Shown piece by piece: positions 42,089 to 50,621 of a DNA stretch of 64,000 nucleotides. The stretch is from an uncultured Alphaproteobacteria bacterium (GTDB lineage Bacteria; Pseudomonadota; Alphaproteobacteria; Rhizobiales; Aestuariivirgaceae): assembly GCA_937864985.1 (NCBI GenBank), contig CALMEZ010000194.1, positions 151-64,150 on the forward strand. The letters are read 5' to 3'. A program made the translations under genes and the position numbers. The notes beneath the pieces were generated by a model. It was not told where the DNA came from. It made no database searches and worked only from the letters and a program-made list of their open reading frames with translations. Each line of letters begins with the position of its first letter. The first letter of the stretch is position 1.

Positions 42089-43771
42089 CTACAGCGCTTT
42101 TTCAGGTCGGACATTTTGTACGCTTCTTCGCGCCAAGTCAGATTTGGCAAGTTCGACTTCAGAGAGAGTGCGATCGGCATTCCACCCCAGCACGTTTGCA
42201 GCAATTGCAGCCGTTTCAACTATTGCTTCAGGTGTCAACAGCCCTTCCATGGCAATGGCGGTTCTTCGAAGCAGGAGATCTGAAAGGCGGCGCACATTTT
42301 CGTGGGCACAGATATAAGCAATTTCGCCTGACCCATAGCTCGGCAGATTTTTGATGGCGTGATCGCCCGTGCGAGCAAAACTCGCGAAGACATCACGGGC
42401 CTTTGTACCAAAGCGCTCAAGGAGGATAGATCCGCGCGGGCCGAGCGAATTGGATAGAGAAAGTTTAGCCTCTTCACTTTTGGGAAAGTCACGCCCGCCC
42501 CCAATCGGCAAATCCTGCGTGGAAATTGTTCTTTGCCGGTCCAGAAGGGCCAAGACCGCATCGCATGCCTGTTCAGAGAAGGCGCGAAATGTGGTCCATT
42601 TTCCGCCGATCAGCGACAGCACCGGAATATCACTTTCAGGAAGCTTGTCACGTCCGATACTATGGTCGCGTGACACATCGCCAATGTCCTTGCCATTTGC
42701 GCGCGGCAGCGGCCGCACGCCACAATAGGTCAGAATCACGTCGTTGCGGGAAAGTTTGATGGCAGGGAAGATTTCACTGACAACCGCGAGCAGATAATCT
42801 GTTTCTTCACTGCTGCAATGGGCCCGGTCAGGATCATCTTGTGCAAGATCAGTCGACCCGACCAAAGCATGGCCAAAAAAAGGATAGATCAGGTTGAAGC
42901 GCCCATCCTTGCAGCCAAAATACATCATGCGTCCATTCAATGCTTTCATGAGCTCTGCATGACGAACAATCAAATGAGCACCGCGCGACCCACCCATATA
43001 GGTTGAAGCAATGCCCAGCGCGCCATTGATCTTGTCAATCCATGCGCCCCCGGCGTTGATGATGATATCGGCTGTAATTGTTTGTCGCTCATCTGTAATG
43101 GAATCAGTCAACAGGAAATGGTTCTTTGATGAATCACGAGATACCTCGGTGTAGGTCCTCAATGCACTATCCGGCTGTTTTGCGATGCCATCCAGTACAA
43201 CTTCGAGCCCCAAACGTTCGGCGTGCGTGACTCGGCCTTCGTGATAAAGCCCCGCCGCAACAGCATCGTGTGTGATGGAAGGAAAAGATTGGCGAAGCTT
43301 TGCCCGATTAAAGAAGCGATGATCCGGGAGCGCTTGAACCTTTCGGCTGTAGAAATCATAAATGCGAAGGCCAATTTCAATGAGCAGTGCGCCCCTCTCG
43401 CGGATTCGCGCCTTAAAGCCCAGGTACCCCAAGATGGCATCCTTGAGTCCGCCAAGCCAGGTCGTTGCCGGGAAAACGACTTCAAGCGACTTCACATAAT
43501 GTGGGGCGTTGCGTAAGAGGCGGTTTCTCTCCATGGCGGATTCGCGCACCAACCTGAATTCATTTGTCTCAAGATATTTAATGCCGCCATGGATGAGGCG
43601 TGATGGTGCAGCGCTCGCACCGCTGCAAACATCGCCGCGGTCAACCAGCAGGCAATCCACACCTTGCAGGCACAGATCACGGAATGTGCCGCATCCATTG
43701 ATGCCAGCACCGATGATAAGGACAGAATAGTGTGATTTCAGGGTTTTTGCTTGAGGTGATAAGCGGGCCAC
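42089..43771 (-). CDS. FAD-dependent glycerol-3-phosphate/erythritol-phosphate dehydrogenase (GlpD/EryB-like)
   Basis: IIGAGING, SRLIHGG.KYLE, G.RPLP, GGKWTTFR. Confidence 0.88.
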   Translation of the reverse strand: MARLSPQAKTLKSHYSVLIIGAGINGCGTFRDLCLQGVDCLLVDRGDVCSGASAAPSRLIHGGIKYLETNEFRLVRESAMERNRLLRNAPHYVKSLEVVFPATTWLGGLKDAILGYLGFKARIRERGALLIEIGLRIYDFYSRKVQALPDHRFFNRAKLRQSFPSITHDAVAAGLYHEGRVTHAERLGLEVVLDGIAKQPDSALRTYTEVSRDSSKNHFLLTDSITDERQTITADIIINAGGAWIDKINGALGIASTYMGGSRGAHLIVRHAELMKALNGRMMYFGCKDGRFNLIYPFFGHALVGSTDLAQDDPDRAHCSSEETDYLLAVVSEIFPAIKLSRNDVILTYCGVRPLPRANGKDIGDVSRDHSIGRDKLPESDIPVLSLIGGKWTTFRAFSEQACDAVLALLDRQRTISTQDLPIGGGRDFPKSEEAKLSLSNSLGPRGSILLERFGTKARDVFASFARTGDHAIKNLPSYGSGEIAYICAHENVRRLSDLLLRRTAIAMEGLLTPEAIVETAAIAANVLGWNADRTLSEVELAKSDLARRSVQNVRPEKAL

Positions 43772-43773
43772 AA

Positions 43774-44811
43774 CTACTCTCCTACAATTGCAACCTTCAG
43801 CGCTTCACCACGTTCTGCTGTCGCGAGTGCTTCTGAAATGTGAGAAAGGTCAAATTGGTGTGTCAGCAGGCTTTCCACTTCGATCTCACCTGATGCTATC
43901 AACTTTAGAGCTGTCTCGAATTGGTCACGAGTGAGGCCGAACGCGCCTGTGACGGTGAGTTCTTTATAGTGGATGGCATTGACATCGACATCTGCCTGAA
44001 CGCCTTTGGTAAAGCCGGCGAATAAGTTCACTGACCCCCTCGGGCGCACCAAATGAACGGCGTCATTGGCCAACTCCGGTTTGCCAATGGCACAGATGGC
44101 AACATCGGCACCGATGCCATCCGTGAGGTGTAACACGCGTTCAACGGCATCTTCAGTGGAAGGGTCAATGACATGATCAGCCCCTGCTTCCAGTGCCGCT
44201 CTGCGTCTGCTGGCGCTTGTTTGACTCACGATGATGCGGCGGGCACCCATATGTTTGGCGAGTTTGATGTGGAGAAGGCCTATGGGTCCAGCACCAAGAA
44301 TTGCCACGCAGTCTCCTGATTTGACTCCGGCACGTTGTTGTCCATTCAGGACACAGGCGAGTGGCTCAGCCAAAGCAGCGCATGCGAAGCTGGTTTTTTC
44401 GGGCAAGGGAAAGACATTGCCAGCAGCAACACCATGTGCAGGTACGCGGACATACTCTGCAAACGCGCCGTCAATTTCATAACCCATCGCTACAAGGTTG
44501 CCACAGAGATTTTCGGCGCCTCTAATGCAGTTGGAGCAATGTCCGCAGGCGAAGGCAGGGCACACCGTCACGGGCTGGCCGACGTGGAACTGTTGATGAC
44601 CGCCATTGTCTGTGACCACGCCAGCAAACTCATGGCCAAGGATGGAAGGGTATCGAATTCCGGTCGTCTTCTTGCCCCGCAAGATGCGGATGTCGGTTCC
44701 GCAAATCGTCGCGGCCTTGATCTTGATCAGCAGGTCGCCAGGTAAGAGTTGTGGATCATTGACTGATCTCACATTCATGTCGTTCACTGACACTAATACC
44801 GCGGCTTTCAA
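43774..44811 (-). CDS. Zinc-dependent polyol dehydrogenase (sorbitol/iditol dehydrogenase-like)
   Basis: ICGTD, GHE, CGHC..C...C, EPLAC, GAGPIG. Confidence 0.9.
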   Translation of the reverse strand: MKAAVLVSVNDMNVRSVNDPQLLPGDLLIKIKAATICGTDIRILRGKKTTGIRYPSILGHEFAGVVTDNGGHQQFHVGQPVTVCPAFACGHCSNCIRGAENLCGNLVAMGYEIDGAFAEYVRVPAHGVAAGNVFPLPEKTSFACAALAEPLACVLNGQQRAGVKSGDCVAILGAGPIGLLHIKLAKHMGARRIIVSQTSASRRRAALEAGADHVIDPSTEDAVERVLHLTDGIGADVAICAIGKPELANDAVHLVRPRGSVNLFAGFTKGVQADVDVNAIHYKELTVTGAFGLTRDQFETALKLIASGEIEVESLLTHQFDLSHISEALATAERGEALKVAIVGE

Positions 44812-45036
44812 GACAGGTTCCTTTTGGAAAGATCATCAAGGGTGAGAGAGCCCCACCCTTTCCAGAAAGCACCATTGAACAATGCTTGACAATCCCAATA
44901 ATTATTCAAAAAAAGAGATCAAAGAAGCTACCCGTTCCACCTTGTCGCCTACCAGAAAACGGGCGAGGAACGTCAAGCGTATGTCCACAAAGTTACACTT
45001 TTTCCAAGGGCTGGTGACCGCCCGAAAGGCAAAAAG

Positions 45037-45087
45037 TGTAACCCATGTCTCCAGTATAAAATGTAACCTATGTGTCCGGTATGGACG
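45037..45087. repeat. Imperfect 21-bp direct repeat resembling an IS481-family end remnant
   Basis: TGTAACCCATGTCTCCAGTAT (45037) and TGTAACCTATGTGTCCGGTAT (45062), directly beside the tRNA fragment; no transposase nearby. Confidence 0.5.
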
Positions 45088-45096
45088 CCCAAAAAA

Positions 45097-45141
45097 TGGC
45101 GCACCCGAAGGGATTCGAACCCCTGACCTCTGCCTTCGGAG
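45097..45141 (-). repeat. 3' half of tRNA-Arg(CCG); att site at the left end of island 1
   Basis: Reverse complement CTCCGAAGGCAGAGGTCAGGGGTTCGAATCCCTTCGGGTGCGCCA; no D-arm or 5' acceptor strand present. Confidence 0.9.
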
Positions 45142-45248
45142 TAGAAACGTGTTTGCGATATCTATATGTTTTCATTTACGAAAAACCCTTTCGATCAAGA
45201 CAAACGCAACTCACATTTCTTGATTTTTCCACGCCGAACGAGGCGTAG

Positions 45249-45269
45249 TGTGTACGTTCTGCGTACCTC
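45249..45269. promoter_or_regulatory. Putative integrase arm-binding site (left)
   Basis: TGTGTACGTTCTGCGTACCTC; 19/21 identical to 63039-63059. Confidence 0.65.
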
Positions 45270-46323
45270 ACATCCGGCCCGCCAACTCTCTCAGTTTCTT
45301 TGGATCGTGGTGCGAATAGACGTTGTCCATTGTCTCCATGGAGAGGTTCACATACTGGGCAATGTCGCTTCGGTTTTCGCCCCGCTGCACAGCCCAGCTG
45401 ATGGCCGTGTGCCTCAGTGTGTGCGGCGTAACATTGCGCAGCTTCGCCCGTACACACGCCGCTCGAAAGCCTCTGGCGATACTCTGGACGCGATTGTGTG
45501 GCGGGTGCAGCTGATGGAAGACGAATGCGGTCTTGTCACCGTAGGCCTGAAAGCGACGCTTCAAGTGCCCATAGACCATTGGACTCATAACGAGCCTCGC
45601 TCGGCGCTTCTTGGTTTCTGGAACGCCTGGTTTCCTGAAATCAATTGTGCGAGTCCTGAAGTCGATCTGGCTCCATTCAAGCTCAAGGATCGCGCTCATG
45701 CGCTGTGCTGTGTGAAGGGCAAGCGAAATGAACAAGGTGAGCGGAAACCGGCTGCGGTATTCCATGCGCGCACTGCGCAACAGCTTGGCGGCTTCTGCTC
45801 GGTCAAGCCATCGGCTTCGGGGAGCTGTGTCCCTTGGCAACTCAAATCTGATGAAGGGCAACATCCGGTTCATGGCAACGGCATGGTTCAAGGCCGCGCG
45901 AAGGCAAATCAATTCACGACGGATTGTTGAGATCGCACGCGGTTTATTAGATTCCATCCGCGTGGCGCTGAGGATGTAGGCTTGGATTGTTTCCTTGTTG
46001 ATGTCGCCAACGGTCTTATCTTCCCAGTAGTCGAGCAGGTGGACCATGGCATAGCCAAGACGCTCGGAAGCAGATTTGCGTGGCTTCATGAATTCAGCGT
46101 AGTCGTTCAGAACTTCAGCAATCAGAACCTTGCGATGTTCGCGCGGTCTGGAGGTGCCGCGCCGTTCTTTCAGGAATTCTTCGAGCGCTTCTTCAGCTTC
46201 TGCGCGGTTTGCCGTGCCTGTTGAACGATCCTTTTGCTGTCCGTCGGCATCGATGAACCGAATGAAGTAACTAGATTTTCCTTTGCGCGTGACCAGGCGA
46301 GGTCCGCCCCTTCGACGTGGCAT
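45268..46323 (-). CDS. Tyrosine recombinase/phage integrase
   Basis: Catalytic R (TAQR), HTLRH and terminal VY; N-terminal arm-binding region. Confidence 0.93.
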   Translation of the reverse strand: MPRRRGGPRLVTRKGKSSYFIRFIDADGQQKDRSTGTANRAEAEEALEEFLKERRGTSRPREHRKVLIAEVLNDYAEFMKPRKSASERLGYAMVHLLDYWEDKTVGDINKETIQAYILSATRMESNKPRAISTIRRELICLRAALNHAVAMNRMLPFIRFELPRDTAPRSRWLDRAEAAKLLRSARMEYRSRFPLTLFISLALHTAQRMSAILELEWSQIDFRTRTIDFRKPGVPETKKRRARLVMSPMVYGHLKRRFQAYGDKTAFVFHQLHPPHNRVQSIARGFRAACVRAKLRNVTPHTLRHTAISWAVQRGENRSDIAQYVNLSMETMDNVYSHHDPKKLRELAGRM

Positions 46324-46496
46324 GGTTCGATCTCCGTGGAATGCAGCAGCTCGTCGATTGCGCCTGAGGGAATGAATATGCTTCCACCAACACGATGATG
46401 GCGCAGCCGCTTTGCAGCGATAAGATTACGTATCCTTCGGACGGGCCAGCCAATGCGGGCCGCCAATTCCTTGGGTGACTCCAGAGTAGCATTCAT
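46170..46496 (-). CDS. Excisionase-like helix-turn-helix protein
   Basis: SPKELA.RIG...RRIR.LI...RL.HHRVG.SIFIP; overlaps the 5' end of int. Confidence 0.75.
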   Translation of the reverse strand: MNATLESPKELAARIGWPVRRIRNLIAAKRLRHHRVGGSIFIPSGAIDELLHSTEIEPCHVEGADLAWSRAKENLVTSFGSSMPTDSKRIVQQARQTAQKLKKRSKNS

Positions 46497-46597
46497 CGTG
46501 ACAATTCCTTACACAAGAAGGCCAGATACAACATGATTCGACTCATTATTGCTCGAATCAACACTAATAGGCTGCATATGACACTATCGGACCTGAA

Positions 46598-46990
46598 ATG
46601 TCTATAGGGGACCGTATTAGGGCCATCCGGGCGGAAGCGGGCACAACGCAAGACGCATTTGCGGAGTCTTGTGGGGTGTCGCCCAGGGCGTTGAAAGCCT
46701 ACGAATTGGATGAGCGTGATCCGCCCTCTTCATTTGTGCTGGAGCTTTATAAGAAATACTCAGCCAGCCCGACTTGGTTACTCACAGGTGATGGTGCGAA
46801 AACAAACGAGCAATTTCGTCAATTCGTTGTGGCGGCTGTTATCGCGGTGCGCACCTTTGCGGACATCAAGAAAATTAGCTTCACGCCCGAGAAGGAAGCA
46901 AAGCTCGCGCTCTTGATTGCGGATTTATATGTGGGTGGAGGTGAACCTGGCGGGACAGTTGAAAGAGGAATTCTGGAGAACGCATCTTGA
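46598..46990 (+). CDS. XRE-family repressor
   Basis: IGDRIRAIR...TQ..FA...GVS......YE...R.P...WLLTG; divergent from xis. Confidence 0.85.
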   Translation: MSIGDRIRAIRAEAGTTQDAFAESCGVSPRALKAYELDERDPPSSFVLELYKKYSASPTWLLTGDGAKTNEQFRQFVVAAVIAVRTFADIKKISFTPEKEAKLALLIADLYVGGGEPGGTVERGILENAS

Positions 46991-47295
46991 ACAGCAGTGA
47001 TGAATCAAAGGTCGAGCGGATGGTGCAACTCCGCGCCGAAATGATCGACTTGCTCCTGGACGTCTCGAATTCCGCTGACACCCTGAACCTTCGAAGGGCA
47101 CACGCACTGAAACATTTTGAGAAGGTCGATGCGGTCGTCTTTGGCGTATTCTGTTTGGTCTCTGTCGCCCTGCTCATCGCTCCTTGGTTTGGGCCTATTG
47201 CGAAATGGTATGCAGTGCTGTTTTGGTTGTGCGCATTGACCGGCACTGTTGTTTCAATGTTTTTCCGGCGTTCAATCGATGCGCTAACATGGTAA
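46987..47295 (+). CDS. Small hypothetical membrane protein (two predicted TM segments)
   Basis: Overlaps the repressor stop; hydrophobic C-terminal half. Confidence 0.5.
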   Translation: MNSSDESKVERMVQLRAEMIDLLLDVSNSADTLNLRRAHALKHFEKVDAVVFGVFCLVSVALLIAPWFGPIAKWYAVLFWLCALTGTVVSMFFRRSIDALTW

Positions 47296-47321
47296 CTCCA
47301 GCTTAGCAGAAACCGCTTTTC

Positions 47322-47379
47322 CTTCCATGTTAAAGGCAGCCTTTCATATGGATCAAATTCGCTTCCATGTTAAAGGCAG
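47322..47379. repeat. 18-bp perfect direct repeat
   Basis: CTTCCATGTTAAAGGCAG at 47322 and 47362. Confidence 0.8.
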
Positions 47380-47411
47380 GCACTAACACAGCCCGGTTCG
47401 CAATCACATTT

Positions 47412-48677
47412 TTAGTCTTCATGACGTTCAATCACTCTCAGCAGTTGTGCGGCGCGCGTCATAATGACAGCCCGTATTTCCTTCAGAATATTGTGAAAGA
47501 TACCCTCAGCTTTCAGCTCTTTGCTGAGGACGTCCGCTTCCTGCCCAATCTGGCTGGCTAGTTCAGTCATGTCCTTCACAAGAAGGCGCTGCGCACCCTT
47601 TGTGTCCGGGATGAGCGCGAACCAATGCCGCAGCTGGATCGTGTCTGCAATCGAGCGGCCACCGATCGCCATGGCGAGATTCTTCTTCAGACGCGGATAT
47701 GCGGCAGTGCAAAGAACATCGTAAAGCGGAGCGAGGTCTGGGGCTCTGCTGCGGTAAAGGAGTGAATAGTTTTTACCGTGCGCATCCGCGTTGCCAACAA
47801 GATAGTGGAAGACCAGCATGCGGATAAAACTTAGGCGGTCGACCGCCGGGCGCCCCGCAGCGCGACTAATCAGATCCAATGATCTTTCAGTTCCAGGACC
47901 GCCTTCTTCTTCGTACTTAAATTCGGGCGGTACGCTCAACGCCTGGCAAAAATCCTCCTGATGCAGGCGCGTTATTGTGCCATCTTTACGGAGGGCGCGA
48001 TCATAGCGTTCGACCAGCAGAAACGGGATGTCACCGCCGCGACGCATTTCCACGGTGGGAACCGGGAGTTTTAGACGTGCAGCCAGGCGCATGCAGAACA
48101 ACTCGTTCTCGACTGTGCCGTCGAGTGCCTGGATGAAGGGCTTAAGAATATGCGTCGTGGGGCGGCCACCTTTGGCTAGCCCCACGTTGTCTCCCTCGAC
48201 ACACACGGCAAGCTTGTCCTGCGCACCAGCAAGGGACAGGCGGACGCCTTCCTCCCCACCAAGTAGCGGGCGTTCTCGGAGCTTACCGAGGATAGCTTTG
48301 AGCCGACTTGGACTCAAAATTTCAACGCCGTCATCATTCGGCAACGGTGGGGTTTCACCGGCAGGAAAGAGCGACAAAGCTCCCGCACATTCGCCACCGA
48401 TGATTGCAAGAAGGCCGAAGGAATTGCCGGATGAAATACCAAGTGCTCCCGCAAGACGCTGCCGAGCGGCTTCGTCCGGCAGAAGCCCGGAGAAAAATGG
48501 GCGAACGATCCGGTCGGCATAGGCCGCTTCTTGCAGCGGCATAGAGAAAGAAATAGCTCGTTCCCCCTCGCGACTGAGATAGCCAGCATCGTAAATAAAG
48601 CTGAGAGCTCCGCTATCGTCTTGGCTGAGTGTACCTGCTTTTGCCTCGCTGAAATATACATCTAGCTGTCGCGTCAT
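47412..48677 (-). CDS. hipA: HipA family Ser/Thr kinase toxin
   Basis: SLAGAQDK, RLHQED, GNADAHGKNYS, LAPLYD; N-terminal HipA coupling domain. Confidence 0.95.
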   Translation of the reverse strand: MTRQLDVYFSEAKAGTLSQDDSGALSFIYDAGYLSREGERAISFSMPLQEAAYADRIVRPFFSGLLPDEAARQRLAGALGISSGNSFGLLAIIGGECAGALSLFPAGETPPLPNDDGVEILSPSRLKAILGKLRERPLLGGEEGVRLSLAGAQDKLAVCVEGDNVGLAKGGRPTTHILKPFIQALDGTVENELFCMRLAARLKLPVPTVEMRRGGDIPFLLVERYDRALRKDGTITRLHQEDFCQALSVPPEFKYEEEGGPGTERSLDLISRAAGRPAVDRLSFIRMLVFHYLVGNADAHGKNYSLLYRSRAPDLAPLYDVLCTAAYPRLKKNLAMAIGGRSIADTIQLRHWFALIPDTKGAQRLLVKDMTELASQIGQEADVLSKELKAEGIFHNILKEIRAVIMTRAAQLLRVIERHED

Positions 48678-48901
48678 TACGAACTCTCCCGACGACTGCT
48701 GACGGAGATAGTCAGACCGAGTGCAGCAGCGACTCGAATGGCTCGTCCGAGCTGACAGCTTTCCTTTCCAGCTTCGAGCTCGCGCACGAACCGTACACCC
48801 ACGCCTGCGACACCGGCGAGCTGTTCTTGTGTCAGTTTCTGCGCCCTGCGCTCAATGCGGATCAGGAGGCCAAAGCTTTTGCTGTCTAGTATCTCGCGCA
48901 T
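48677..48901 (-). CDS. hipB: HipB-like (y4mF family) HTH antitoxin
   Basis: LTQEQLAGVAGVGVRFVRELEAGK; translationally coupled to hipA. Confidence 0.9.
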   Translation of the reverse strand: MREILDSKSFGLLIRIERRAQKLTQEQLAGVAGVGVRFVRELEAGKESCQLGRAIRVAAALGLTISVSSRRESS

Positions 48902-48906
48902 GAATC

Positions 48907-49020
48907 GTCCTTATCGGGATGATAGTAATGGCTGAGGCCTCCAAAATCCACAAAAAGTACCGATCGGGATTAAATGATCCGAAAAAGCTGTCGAGCTGAC
49001 ATTTTAATCCCGATCGGGAC
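48907..49020. promoter_or_regulatory. Three palindromic HipB operators at 50-bp spacing
   Basis: GTCCTTATCGGGAT (48907), GTACCGATCGGGAT (48957), ATCCCGATCGGGAC (49007). Confidence 0.75.
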
Positions 49021-49047
49021 GACAAATCAAAACATCTATTTCCGCAT

Positions 49048-50580
49048 CTAAGAATCTGGAAAATAACGGTTTTTAATAGCAGGGCTTCTAGCGAGCACCC
49101 GATTTAGTTCAAGAACAGAGAAGTTGAGGGTCGAAACCGATCGACGACTACAGACGCCGTCAATCTTATCGTACAAGGTCGCGTCGATCAGCGTAGAGGT
49201 CATCACACCAAAGCCCTCCGCTCCGTACTGATCAAGCATATCTCCGATATCCTGCACTCTCGTCGCACCTAGGGAGTTGGCCCGAGTCAGCTTGCACTGG
49301 AAAATCCACTTACGCCCTCTGCCGCCAGGCGACCGCGCGACTTCGCTAATCTCAATGTCACGTCCTCCATCTCGCGATCGGGAGCTGCCGAGTTTTCGGA
49401 TGGTCGAAGAGTCGAACTTGGCGTGGGCGAAAAGGATGTCGTAGCAGAGCTGCTCGAACTGCTCGTCAGAAAGGCTTTTCCAGTCGAGTGTGATCGTATC
49501 AGAGAGACCGATGACAGCAGCAACGCTGTGCAAAGTGTCACCCATCTTTCCATGCAGACTTTTAACAGCCCGTTCATCAAGTGGACTGGTGTCGTAGAGG
49601 ACGTGAGTATAGCCGCCATCGCTGACAACGATCAACGTACCCGTGTTGTGTACTAGACAGGCCTCCCTCCGCGGTCCTGGAACCCCCACACTGTCCGGAA
49701 TACCCTCTCTCATATGCTCATCGAACGGCGAATGTGTAAAAGTTGCATCAAGCCAAGCGAATTGATCGGGCGGCCAGATGTCCTCATCATGGCGTCGGGC
49801 AAAACCTGCGCAGACACGGGACTTGAAATACTGGTTCATCGGGAACCAGGTGATCATCCCCTTGCAAAAAACAAAAGACTTTCCAGATAAAACAATAACC
49901 TCCCCTTTTATGAAATCGGCGTGGCGGTAGTTCTGCCCGGTCGTAACAAAAAAAGTGTCCAGTTCGACACTTTCAGGAACAAGCCAGCTGTCAATTGAAG
50001 CATAGCAGTCCGCCCCTAGTCGGCCCCGGTATACGCTTCTATGGAAACCAAGTTCGTACTCTGGATGTTTTCCTACAAGTTCGTCGTAGTAGTCCGGAGC
50101 GTCATAGCGGATCTGATGAAGAGCGCCCGAAACAAAATTTGCGAAATAAGATTCGATAAGCTCAGGGAAGCGAGGATCGCAATCGGTCAACGAATCCTTA
50201 TGGTCAGAGATTGCCTTCCTGAGATCTTGATATCTCTCTCCTTCCCCGGTTCCGTCGTCTTGCTGCGCCTCAAAGATAATGACCACATCTTCAAGCGATT
50301 GACTGAATTTTGGGCCGGGCGCAGTAACAACAAGTCTCAACTGCGTCAGATGGGAAGCCGCAACATATTCCTCGACCACAGTGGCACTGTCGACTTCCGC
50401 CGCAAGCTTCTCTACTGCCCACGACGCGTCAACATAGTCCGAGCAAATGTCGATATGCTGGTTCGTGCGGCCAATACTGGGCATCGGAATAAGGATTGTG
50501 ACCGTTTCAACTCCCCAGAATTCAATTGCCTCGACATCGGCTAATTTCAGGCTTCTCAGATTAAGATTGATGTGTGTCAT
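49048..50580 (-). CDS. Protein with unknown N-terminal region and C-terminal Mrr-like restriction endonuclease domain
   Basis: C-terminal FEQLC...RDGGRD...IFQCK pattern. Confidence 0.75.
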   Translation of the reverse strand: MTHINLNLRSLKLADVEAIEFWGVETVTILIPMPSIGRTNQHIDICSDYVDASWAVEKLAAEVDSATVVEEYVAASHLTQLRLVVTAPGPKFSQSLEDVVIIFEAQQDDGTGEGERYQDLRKAISDHKDSLTDCDPRFPELIESYFANFVSGALHQIRYDAPDYYDELVGKHPEYELGFHRSVYRGRLGADCYASIDSWLVPESVELDTFFVTTGQNYRHADFIKGEVIVLSGKSFVFCKGMITWFPMNQYFKSRVCAGFARRHDEDIWPPDQFAWLDATFTHSPFDEHMREGIPDSVGVPGPRREACLVHNTGTLIVVSDGGYTHVLYDTSPLDERAVKSLHGKMGDTLHSVAAVIGLSDTITLDWKSLSDEQFEQLCYDILFAHAKFDSSTIRKLGSSRSRDGGRDIEISEVARSPGGRGRKWIFQCKLTRANSLGATRVQDIGDMLDQYGAEGFGVMTSTLIDATLYDKIDGVCSRRSVSTLNFSVLELNRVLARSPAIKNRYFPDS

Positions 50581-50621
50581 AAGTCCTGCATACCAGCCGA
50601 CGCTGGCGAAAGCTGTGTGTG

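Noticed and set aside
45097-45141. Functional tRNA genes at 45097 and 63114
   Set aside because: Both lack the 5' acceptor strand and D-arm; they are att-site halves
47322-49020. CRISPR array from the 18-bp repeat or the 50-bp-spaced palindromes
   Set aside because: Only 2-3 short copies and no cas genes; the palindromes sit in the hipB promoter as expected for operators
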